A stretch of DNA of 63,323 nucleotides from positions 1-63,323 of IMG/VR virus record IMGVR_UViG_3300035661_000064, one strand, 5' to 3'. Below, piece after piece: positions 20,401 through 29,800 of the stretch. The position numbers and the translations under genes are program-made. Numbering within the stretch: the stretch's first letter is position 1; each line of letters starts with the position of its first letter. Below the pieces are notes generated by a model. It worked only from the letters and a program-made list of their open reading frames with translations. It ran no database searches and was not told the DNA's origin. The stretch is from a virus (Duplodnaviria > Caudoviricetes).

Positions 20401-20601
20401 GATAAGTATATCCTTAGGGTTAACGAAATGAAACGAAACGAAATGAAACACATTGAAAGTTATGTATCTCATGTAATCAATATATGTTCAAAGATTGCTT
20501 TGTTATCCTCGATCATGAAAATGTTACAAACTGAATTTGAACGGAAAACTAAGCATATATTAATATCCTAGATCAATCGTTAATGGAGTCAAACAATTAT
20601 C

Positions 20602-21384
20602 ATGCACAAATCATCAATTGCGTATAAGCATCTTTACTTGAAAGAAGGTTTAGTGATTGGAAGATTGCTAGAATATGATGGTAAAGAAGCAGGATGGAAT
20701 CTAATCAAATCAAATAACTTAGTCCATCCAGTTCTCATAAACTATCTAAGTACCTTAACTAAACATCAAAGAACTATTGAAATAGGACGCTATAGAAAGA
20801 TTGACAAAGAGTTCTCTAAGCTCTTTTCAGATGCTATGCGTGAAACAGTTGCATCCTTTATTCATTCCAATAGAATAGAAGATGACGAAATTGTTTCAAT
20901 CCGAAATGATAGTGTTACGTTCAAGTACAAAACTACTCTAGTTGAAACTACTGTAAATGGAGTTGAATTTAGAATCAAAGGAAGCTTTTCATCATACGTT
21001 CGAATAGGAAAGATAGACGCATACTTCAATTCAAGTAAAAATGAACTACTAGTCAAAGGTATAACTGATTTTGTTTCAAACTACCCAGAGCTAGCTAACT
21101 TGTTAAAGCGAGTAATGTTCCTCCTAGAGAAGAAAGACTTTATTAACTCTTTCAGAGAAATCTCTAAGTTCTCTAACAAGTATAGAAGCTATGAAGCAGA
21201 TATTTCTTCTTACAGAAAGCTTCTAGGAAGATGTATGTATACTTATAAGAGTCCTATTACATTAGCTTCTGACAAAATGGAATCTATTGACTTCTTAGGA
21301 GACAATATTGAAGAACTTGACATATCTTACAACTATTTCTTCTTTGTACTTCCTTTGTATAGAATGATCTTTGAACTTATTTAA
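20602..21384 (+). CDS. Small divergent family-B DNA polymerase palm-like protein
   Basis: LEYDGKEAG (motif A-like), IEIG, IVSIRNDSV (motif C-like); early promoter 20551-20562. Confidence 0.55.
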   Translation: MHKSSIAYKHLYLKEGLVIGRLLEYDGKEAGWNLIKSNNLVHPVLINYLSTLTKHQRTIEIGRYRKIDKEFSKLFSDAMRETVASFIHSNRIEDDEIVSIRNDSVTFKYKTTLVETTVNGVEFRIKGSFSSYVRIGKIDAYFNSSKNELLVKGITDFVSNYPELANLLKRVMFLLEKKDFINSFREISKFSNKYRSYEADISSYRKLLGRCMYTYKSPITLASDKMESIDFLGDNIEELDISYNYFFFVLPLYRMIFELI

Positions 21385-21426
21385 TGCAAAACTTATTGAA
21401 CTTAATAGAATCAAAACTCGTTGATT

Positions 21427-21921
21427 CTATTTTTTTCCTAAGTTAAAAGAAGAAATAGCCTCAACAACCTTAAGTGTAATGATATTGGTTACAGCATCAT
21501 CAATTTCATTTGCATCAAAGTAAACAGTAAGTAAACCATAATAGTATACTGGAGAAAGACGTTTAACTGTTTGATTGAATATATTGGTTATAGCTACTTC
21601 AGCATCAGTAGTAGGAATCTTATACGATGGAGAAGTAACTTTGAATGGAGTATGATTTGATATGAAGTTAGAAATACTAAGATCGATCATTTCATTTAAG
21701 AATAAGATGTCTCTTTCATAATTGAAGCCTAACCGATTAATAAAATCCATAGCAGTCTGATAGTATTCCTCTCTTTGTTTCTCTTGAACTTTGACTATAA
21801 TCTCATTATAAGCTATTTGGTTATCTATAAACTCTCTTTCTTCACTTAACGAATTTCTAACTATTTCGTTCAATAAAGATTGATGCTTTTCATTAACTGA
21901 AACTTTGTAAGCTTTAAGCAT
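21427..21921 (-). CDS. Hypothetical late protein
   Basis: 164-aa ORF; late promoter 21962-21973. Confidence 0.55.
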   Translation of the reverse strand: MLKAYKVSVNEKHQSLLNEIVRNSLSEEREFIDNQIAYNEIIVKVQEKQREEYYQTAMDFINRLGFNYERDILFLNEMIDLSISNFISNHTPFKVTSPSYKIPTTDAEVAITNIFNQTVKRLSPVYYYGLLTVYFDANEIDDAVTNIITLKVVEAISSFNLGKK

Positions 21922-22094
21922 GGTTTTTGTACTCTTTAAAGTTGAATTGAAATTTCTCTTTCATTGAAATGTTATTTCCAGTTAAACCAATTTTCAGAAT
22001 TTTGATTTCCGCATTAACATTTTAATGAAAGTGAAGACAGTGATTTGAAGTATATATTAGTTCTATGCCTTAAATTAACTTATAGGAGTATCAT

Positions 22095-24788
22095 ATGTCA
22101 GCAATAGAAGATTACACTAACACTAAAACTAGAATGGTCTTAGACTCTTTAGCAGATATCAATTATGATGAAGAAATTCAATTAGACTTATCTGAAATCA
22201 CTAATCGATTCAATTCAAGAAAAATCATTACTTCTCAAAACTTCTCTTATGCAACTTCAATCTATGCAGCTATTTTAAGATCTCAAGAGATTAAACAGTT
22301 AATCATGAGAACAATCTTTAAAGATGCTAGACAGATTCAGTATAACTTCTTTCAACCTACAGACGATAAAGACTCTGTTTTCTTTCAAGTGAATGATTAC
22401 TTAATCAAATCAATCTTTGTTGAAATTGATATTCAACTAGTAGCTTTACTCTTAAAGAGCTTTAACCAAGAGAAAAAAGAACTTGAAGAAAATTCTGTAA
22501 TGGATAAACGTAGGAAGAAAAAGTTCTTAAACAAGATCACTCTTCAGATTGATATGTTTACTCATCACTTGTCTTTGTTAGAACGTTACCTTGTTTCAAA
22601 TTGTTATTCCACTTCAAATTACTATCTTCCTACATTGTACTTAACTAGGTTTAAGTACAATGTTTTATCAGAATCGTTTCCAGTTTTAAAAGTTCCTAAA
22701 AACTCTGACTCTAAAAGTGTCAATGAAATTAAATACCGTGAGTTTCGAATCAAGCCATTAAGAAACTTAATTGGTCAAGCAGTAGCAGTTTTCTTTGTAG
22801 AATCTTACAAACTGTTAGAAGGAATCTTTAAATCATCACCTTTAATCAGTAAGAAAGAGATTCATTCTGCGTTAGTAGTATCGCTCATTCCTAAATTCTT
22901 CTCTACTAAGTCTGTACGTCACTCACTAGTAGCTAACTTCAGTAATCCAGTCTTTCAAACTTATTTAGACAAGTATCAATCAGCAGACCCTGACATAATT
23001 GACAAGACAAATTACTTCACTTTGTTTATGAACAATACGCTAAATAAAGATGAAGATGCATTTAAAACTGATGTTTATGGAAGTCGAATGTTTATTGACT
23101 TCGATCTGTTGTTAAAGCGTACTATTGGAACTAAGCGTGACAATCAGGTATCGATTTCTAGCTATGTTCATGAGTATTCTAAGTTTACTTCAGTGATTGA
23201 AACCAATCAAGAGGAATATCCTTTCTCTGTAAAAGTCGATATTGAAAAGTTCTTTGCTTCAACTACTATCAAACATGTTATCTTAGCAATAACTGAAACG
23301 CTTTCAATCTCAACAAGTAACATTGACAAAGCAATGACAGTTAACTTACTAGCTGATTCGTTTGATTTTGAATACTTAAATGAATCTGGTAAGACTAAAA
23401 CTAACTGCAACTTAACAATTATGAGCCATCTTGAACATATCATGGCTAGATGGATAGGTGAGTTTTTAACTAAACAAATTAAAGCAAAGTTTGTTGAAAA
23501 CAATTTAGATGTTCAACTTAATCTTTACGTAGATGATTTCATTATACAAGCTAAAGATATAGCATCTCTGTCTGTTTCTAAAGAAATAGTAGAAAACACG
23601 ATTACCAACTTTGGTTATAAAGTCAGTTCTAAAACGTTAAAAGCAAACAAATCTCTTGTATATCTTCCTAATTTAGCAGACTATGTAGACTTTACTTCTA
23701 GTTATTTAGTAGAAACTGATTTTGAAATCAGTGAAAACACTCTTCGTTACTACGACTTAACTCCTGATACAAACCACACTGGAGAAGGACAAACCGATGA
23801 AGACAGAAGAACAGACTGTGCTGAAATACATGACGCTAAAAACATTTTAGATCTTAAATCCTTCTGCATAGCTTTTTACAAAGACATTGAAACTGTTTTA
23901 GCTGATCCGTTCAGCAATTCTACGCGACTAAGCTATTTTCAAATGGTGAAGCAAATGATTAGTTCGGATACAAAGCTTAGTAAAACATTTGCTCTAATTC
24001 TCAGTGAACAATCAACCTTACCAGATGCTGGTGCTCCATACTTAGGAAGCGACTCCGAATTCATAAATCGAACTGTCAGAGATCGTTGTACATCCCGAAC
24101 AGAACTGTTTATAAGCTTAAATCGCACTAAAAATCATAAACTGAACGAGCATCTTGAACACATAATGGATGCAATTCCTTTCATAACTAATTCAACAAAT
24201 TACTCATTGATCGTTCTGAAAAATCTATCGCTTCGTTTGTTCATGTACTTAAAGGAAATTGAGTACTATGTTATGTTTAGTCTTACTGACAGAGACTACA
24301 TTGAAAACTTAATCGATTCATCAGCATTCGAAATTGACAGCTTTGTAACAGAGTATCTGAACCAAGCAAACAATTCTACTTTAAATCTAACAAACATTGA
24401 GCTTGAATTGTTTAATGAAGTTAATGTTCTCAAGCTTTATCAATATTTGACTTTAAACACTACAAGAGGTTCTATGCGTTATAAAAGTATGATGTTTAAG
24501 CTTCTTTTAGTTCTTACAATCTTGTTTCCTCAAAAAGTAAAGTGGAATGTTTACTTGCTAAAGAAGCTTACTGACAACAGTGAACTACTGAATCGTTACT
24601 ACCCTGTACCAGTTAAAGAAGATATTTCATTGTTACAACGCGAAATGCTTTACTTCAATAAACGCTTTAACAATGAATACTACTTTCATGAATTGCAAAC
24701 AGGACGTTATGTATCTTACAGTTTAGCAAATTCTCAGTTAAACAGCTTGTTAAAAAATGAATTTGATTTTGGAATGAAAACCTCCTAA
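22095..24788 (+). CDS. Reverse transcriptase-like protein, 897 aa (Abi/UG-like architecture)
   Basis: YREFRIKPLRNLIGQ (block 2), VKVDIEKFFAS (motif A, D382), NLTIMSHLEHIMA (altered motif B), LYVDDFII (motif C, aa 478-481), FGYKVSSK (motif D); AGGAG RBS; early promoter 22048-22059 and late promoter 22016-22027. Confidence 0.85.
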   Translation: MSAIEDYTNTKTRMVLDSLADINYDEEIQLDLSEITNRFNSRKIITSQNFSYATSIYAAILRSQEIKQLIMRTIFKDARQIQYNFFQPTDDKDSVFFQVNDYLIKSIFVEIDIQLVALLLKSFNQEKKELEENSVMDKRRKKKFLNKITLQIDMFTHHLSLLERYLVSNCYSTSNYYLPTLYLTRFKYNVLSESFPVLKVPKNSDSKSVNEIKYREFRIKPLRNLIGQAVAVFFVESYKLLEGIFKSSPLISKKEIHSALVVSLIPKFFSTKSVRHSLVANFSNPVFQTYLDKYQSADPDIIDKTNYFTLFMNNTLNKDEDAFKTDVYGSRMFIDFDLLLKRTIGTKRDNQVSISSYVHEYSKFTSVIETNQEEYPFSVKVDIEKFFASTTIKHVILAITETLSISTSNIDKAMTVNLLADSFDFEYLNESGKTKTNCNLTIMSHLEHIMARWIGEFLTKQIKAKFVENNLDVQLNLYVDDFIIQAKDIASLSVSKEIVENTITNFGYKVSSKTLKANKSLVYLPNLADYVDFTSSYLVETDFEISENTLRYYDLTPDTNHTGEGQTDEDRRTDCAEIHDAKNILDLKSFCIAFYKDIETVLADPFSNSTRLSYFQMVKQMISSDTKLSKTFALILSEQSTLPDAGAPYLGSDSEFINRTVRDRCTSRTELFISLNRTKNHKLNEHLEHIMDAIPFITNSTNYSLIVLKNLSLRLFMYLKEIEYYVMFSLTDRDYIENLIDSSAFEIDSFVTEYLNQANNSTLNLTNIELELFNEVNVLKLYQYLTLNTTRGSMRYKSMMFKLLLVLTILFPQKVKWNVYLLKKLTDNSELLNRYYPVPVKEDISLLQREMLYFNKRFNNEYYFHELQTGRYVSYSLANSQLNSLLKNEFDFGMKTS

Positions 24789-24803
24789 TCCGGTTTAACT
24801 GAA

Positions 24804-24843
24804 AAGGGAAAGACTCGTTTGAGTCTTTCCTTCTTTCTTTTTT
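24804..24843 (+). terminator. Intrinsic terminator after the RT gene
   Basis: GGAAAGACTC-GTTT-GAGTCTTTCC followed by a T-rich tract. Confidence 0.8.
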
Positions 24844-24887
24844 AACACCAAATTGATCTAACTTCAAACTTTTTAAGGCAGAATATC

Positions 24888-26771
24888 GTGAATAACTTAA
24901 AGTACAATCGGTTTCGTAGTTACTTGCCTACATTACCTCAACCCCCTATATTTGATGAATTCATTGAACCTGAAGACATCTCAATACATCTTCAAACTAT
25001 TTGGAACAACCAGAATAGTTTGAACCATGCACTTTCGTCAATGGTTGCAAATCGAGCTGATCTTGCAGAGACTTACTTTGAGAAGTACTCTAACCCAATC
25101 TTTAAGAAAGTAATTGCAATAGACAACATCAACTCTCACAAGTACGATCAAAAGTTTCACAATGATGGAAACATAGCAACTATGAATGCTACATGGCTTA
25201 CAGGAGCTTATGTATTTTTCATCAATGACTTTTATGATTATGAGCCATTAGATCATTTTGTTTTAGTCTTTGATAATTTTACAGGAGAACTAATTCCTCA
25301 GAAAGACATAGTTCTTCATAAATCTGTAGGTGGTGCTAGACTATTCATTAGATGGAATAACGCTTATGTTCCGTTGAAGAAAAATTTCACTGCGGGAAAT
25401 TCAATCTCTATCGTTGTCTTCCGTAAAATGATCTATTCAACTACACCTTTATATGCTAAACATACTTTAGGCACTGGTATAAGTGTTGGAAACAGCGTTC
25501 AGTATAACTTTGTAATTCAAGACGCTACTGAAACAGTCGGGTTGTTAACTTCTAGTAATGACTATTATGTTGTAGCTAAAACACAAACCGGATCATGGAT
25601 TAAGTTTCAAAAGAGTGAATACTCCATTCAAGTAGATCAAGGTGGAAATAGATTGCTAGTTAGCATGTTTCCTTTGTCATATGCAACAAACCTAACGTTC
25701 TATGTCGTAAACAAGAACAACGCTGCAGAAATTTCGTTTGACTACGTATCTATGGAATGCGCTATTAACGTAAACGAAGTTAATTACTCAAATGGTTTAA
25801 CTCTATCTAGTAACGGAGTTGTTGAGTCTAAGATATTTGCATCAGACCCATACAAATTCATAGAACTTTACTTTCATGATAAAGTAATGAACGAACGGAT
25901 TCCAGTTATATTTGACGAAAACGACTTAAACCACACATTTGTATTCTTCAATGGAGTTAAGCTTTCACCCGGAACTCAAGAGTTTTACTTTGACAGAACG
26001 TTAAATCTCTTTGCTATTCTTAATTCAGCATTCCCATCAGGAGAAGAGCTTAAATGGATGAGAATCATATTTAATGGAATTTCACCTAATGTAGGAATTT
26101 ACAAAACAATGTACGACTTGAATGATGGTTCTACTGCTTTGTCTTGTCAATATTTACCTAACGTAATATTTCATTCACAGGAAACAATCTCACATGTCAT
26201 TAGAAAGAAAGCATTGTTTTTTGTTAACAACCATTACATTGAAGCAACTCCTGAAGTAATTACAGATAATGACTTTCATGTTCCTGAAATAGACAGTCAA
26301 AGCAACGTTGAACTCTATTCTTTCTTTTTTAGAGATGCTGTAACACAAGCTTTCTTAGATGATTTCAACAATAGAACAACTGAAATTCAACGTTATCTTC
26401 AACTGAATGGAGTAAACAACACGCTAATTCAAAATTGGATTGATGCAAATAGTGGTTCAATTGGAATATTTGAAGATGTTGATTTTAGACAAACTGGATG
26501 GTTTGGTAATTCGTACAATTACTATGAGCCTTTGTCAAAAGGTTTTACAGACTTGTTTAACATAGAAACTGAAGCTACTGTAGAAAACAATGTTTCTATG
26601 ACTAAAATTACTTCAATCCACTCTAACGCAGGAGTCAGTTCCGATTTACTAGTCACACCAGACGAAAGTAGTTTTGTTGCAGGTGATAAATACAGCACTA
26701 CAGCGTTTATTTTAGACTCAAACGTTACATCTGAAGCATGTTCTTGTTTGTTGTTTGACATGATGACCTAA
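24888..26771 (+). CDS. Virion structural protein (tail/baseplate region)
   Basis: 627 aa, beta-rich; late promoter 24844-24855. Confidence 0.5.
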   Translation: MNNLKYNRFRSYLPTLPQPPIFDEFIEPEDISIHLQTIWNNQNSLNHALSSMVANRADLAETYFEKYSNPIFKKVIAIDNINSHKYDQKFHNDGNIATMNATWLTGAYVFFINDFYDYEPLDHFVLVFDNFTGELIPQKDIVLHKSVGGARLFIRWNNAYVPLKKNFTAGNSISIVVFRKMIYSTTPLYAKHTLGTGISVGNSVQYNFVIQDATETVGLLTSSNDYYVVAKTQTGSWIKFQKSEYSIQVDQGGNRLLVSMFPLSYATNLTFYVVNKNNAAEISFDYVSMECAINVNEVNYSNGLTLSSNGVVESKIFASDPYKFIELYFHDKVMNERIPVIFDENDLNHTFVFFNGVKLSPGTQEFYFDRTLNLFAILNSAFPSGEELKWMRIIFNGISPNVGIYKTMYDLNDGSTALSCQYLPNVIFHSQETISHVIRKKALFFVNNHYIEATPEVITDNDFHVPEIDSQSNVELYSFFFRDAVTQAFLDDFNNRTTEIQRYLQLNGVNNTLIQNWIDANSGSIGIFEDVDFRQTGWFGNSYNYYEPLSKGFTDLFNIETEATVENNVSMTKITSIHSNAGVSSDLLVTPDESSFVAGDKYSTTAFILDSNVTSEACSCLLFDMMT

Positions 26772-26792
26772 CTAGATAATTTACAAAGTCCG

Positions 26793-26804
26793 AACAATGA
26801 AATG
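26793..26804 (+). promoter_or_regulatory. Late promoter class AACA-N6-TG/TA (representative site)
   Basis: Also at 526(-), 5376(-), 5432, 6324, 8833(-), 8888, 11417(-), 20514(-), 21962(-), 22016, 24844, 34059, 38069, 43633(-), 43662, 44590, 47936(-), 52553, 63090(-); mostly upstream of structural genes. Confidence 0.8.
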
Positions 26805-26857
26805 AGAAAATTCATTGTTCGGACTTAATTTGTTCAACCCTCATGAGGATTTGATTT

Positions 26858-29800
26858 ATGCCTATTAAACTTGCAGCTCGATATATTCTTCCCGTTGTTG
26901 ATATGACACGAAGAAACGAGTTTAACATTTTTGACAGAGAAATGTTTATTTCTTCTGACAATCGAGTCTTTGTTCGTTTTGAGAATAGAGACATTGAAAT
27001 CCCTGAAGCGTCTAGCGATTTAAAAGAAGTTTCAGGTAAATACTTCTATACAGTAAACGATGAAGAGTTTGAAATCATCTTTCCTGAATCAAATAGAGTT
27101 ACTTCTGGATTGAAACTAGTAGGTAAACCTATTCTAAGCTTTATGTCTGGTTCTGGAGTAAACAATGTTAATCATCCAAATGGTTCAATTGTTATTGTTA
27201 GAGTAGACGCTTTAGAAGATTCACTTTACACGTTAGAAGATGTTTCGTTTCAGTACAAAGTAAACGGATACAGTTGGGTAGATGACATTGAAGCATTTCA
27301 CATTTTTGAAGGAGCAGAAGGAGCAATGTCAGGTTGTGCTAAAACCTACGTTGTTAGAGCTGTTAGTCCTGATGGGTTTCACTACTCAGCTGAAACAACT
27401 ATCACAGCTAGACGCGTAACTTTAGAATCTGAAGTTCCATCATTGGACACAATCTTTTCACTGCCATCATCTGAAGAAAACACTTTAGTTTCGTATTCAT
27501 TCTATCCAAACTACATCTCAACAAATCTATTTTGCAGTGGTCACAAAACTCATTTAACGCTTTATCAGAAGGTAAATGGAGTTTATACTAGTGACTATCA
27601 GGCAAATGGAATTCGCTTCGCACGAGTGGCTGGAGCACCTCCTGAATACTTTCAAGGGTCTCCTCAAACTTTGATTGAAGACTATCTCCCATCTTACCCG
27701 TACAATGATTGGACTATGTGGAACAAAATAGAAATTCAATCAGTTCCTAATGAGAACATTGAGTTTTACTTTGAAGTTGAAATCGTTCCTAACGACCCAT
27801 CTGAATATTCAATGGTAAACAACAATCCGAAGAAGAAGTTTCATTATATTGCAACAAATACAGACTTAGCACCTGACTTAAGCAATTTGAAGCTTTTTAA
27901 GGATGTGTTTGAATGGACTGCAATGAACCAACTGAGTGAAAATTCAAATGTTACAGGTTTTTCAATTCAGGGAATGGATACTACTAAGAACTCATATAGC
28001 ATAGTTTCTTCAACTATTGCAGGTGTAGCAGGACAACCTCCTACAGGTTTTTCAATCTTAACTCCTTCTGTGGTAGGCTCAGCTGAAGCAACTTTTTCAC
28101 TGACGGTTCAGGGAACTAACAATGTAAGTGGTCTTTTTTCAACTAAGACATTCTCTATTAGAGTAGTGAACTTAGCTGTCAATGATGCTTCTACAATAAC
28201 GTTGAATCAAATAGCTAATTCAGAGCGTTACAATGACTCTTCTATCTTTGAGTTTGTTTTTAGCATTGCAGGTGGAACAACTGAAAGTGGTAACAAGCGG
28301 TATAGTTTAAGTGATCTAAACGTAGCTAATATGTTAAGATTTGAAGTTTCAGGTCAAACACCATTAATAGGTTCTGGTGTTGTAAACTATACTACATTGA
28401 AATTTGCAGCTGGTGTTCCTATAACTATTCAGTATCAAACCTCTTATGTTGAAACTAATCTTGGAATTCCTTCAATGACAGTCACTCTGTATGATGACTC
28501 ATACAGTTATTTAGCTACTTCGTCTAAAATTCTTAGTATACGGGCACACACATTAGCCCAAGTACAAGGTCTACTAATTAATCCCGATATTACAACTACT
28601 ACAATCGGCGGTATTATACAGCCTAACACGTATTTTCGAGAAGCTGATGTAGGAATCATGTACAAACGTCTAAACTCGTCAGTTACCCTGCCAACTGATA
28701 CTAAATGGAGAATCAATGAATCTTTTCCTGCAAACTTTATTGAATATTTAGGAGCTTTAACTTCAACAACTGGTTTAGACACTACTTCTAACAATTATTA
28801 TCTACCTACAATTGTTGAACGTGGTGGAAAAACAGGTTACTTTGGAACTGATGGTCTTGCTGATTCAATTAAATTAGATTCTGCTTCATGGATAGCTAAA
28901 TCAAGATTTGTTACTTGGATTGGTGCTACAGTATTAGTTGAGATTCCATCAACAAGACAAACATTCATGATTAACACTGGTCTATATTTGTTAGATCAAA
29001 ACAACAATGAATTAAATGACAACAACAATCCGATTCAAGAATCATCTATGGTTCAAACAGACGGGACGGAGTTTATAACTTGTACAGATACAGGTTGGAA
29101 AAACTATTGGAAAGACCGTTTAAACACAGCTCCTAATGCTCCTACTATAGTCGAAAGTGAAGAAAATGGTGTACGTTATTACACTGTTACTTCTAAGTTT
29201 AGATTACGAATAAACAATTCAGACCCTTCCTATTCTACGATAATTGTACCTTCTAGCTATTCAGGAAGGCTATTGTCATCTTATGCAAACGATGACTTAA
29301 CTGCTAACAATGTTTCTTCTAATATCTCATTCACTTCTCAGACTAATTCAGTTTTAAACCGCAGATTCTTAAGCTTTAACTTTATCCCGTACAATCAGGA
29401 TTTGACCTTAACTATCAAGATTCGTAAAAGTGTGTTTATAGACAACTCTACAGAATCAACAATTCCTATTATCTTCATGGTCAAGGAGAACTTTGAGTAT
29501 ATTGATCAAACTCCATCAGTGACTCCTCGTGTATATCAGTTCTTTATGAATGTCCCTAACCCATACTTCAATATCATCAAAATAGACGAAGAGTTTTCTT
29601 ACTATAAAATTCCCACTCAAGGAGAACCGTCGATTTTAGTGATTAACCCTTCATTAGATGGAATTGCAACAGCTGGTTTAGGTAAAGGAAACGTCTACAA
29701 TTTCATCTTTACTCCTACTTATCAATTACCTTGGTGTCCGGGTCAAGATCTTGCAGAACTTTCTATGACCATGACTGGAAACGATGGTTCAGGAAGTACT

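Noticed and set aside
21958-22031. Retron a1/a2 inverted repeats upstream of the RT
   Set aside because: The repeats are only ~40 nt apart with no msr/msd stems, each is a late promoter, the same layout occurs at nrdB, and the RT lacks the retron VTG motif.
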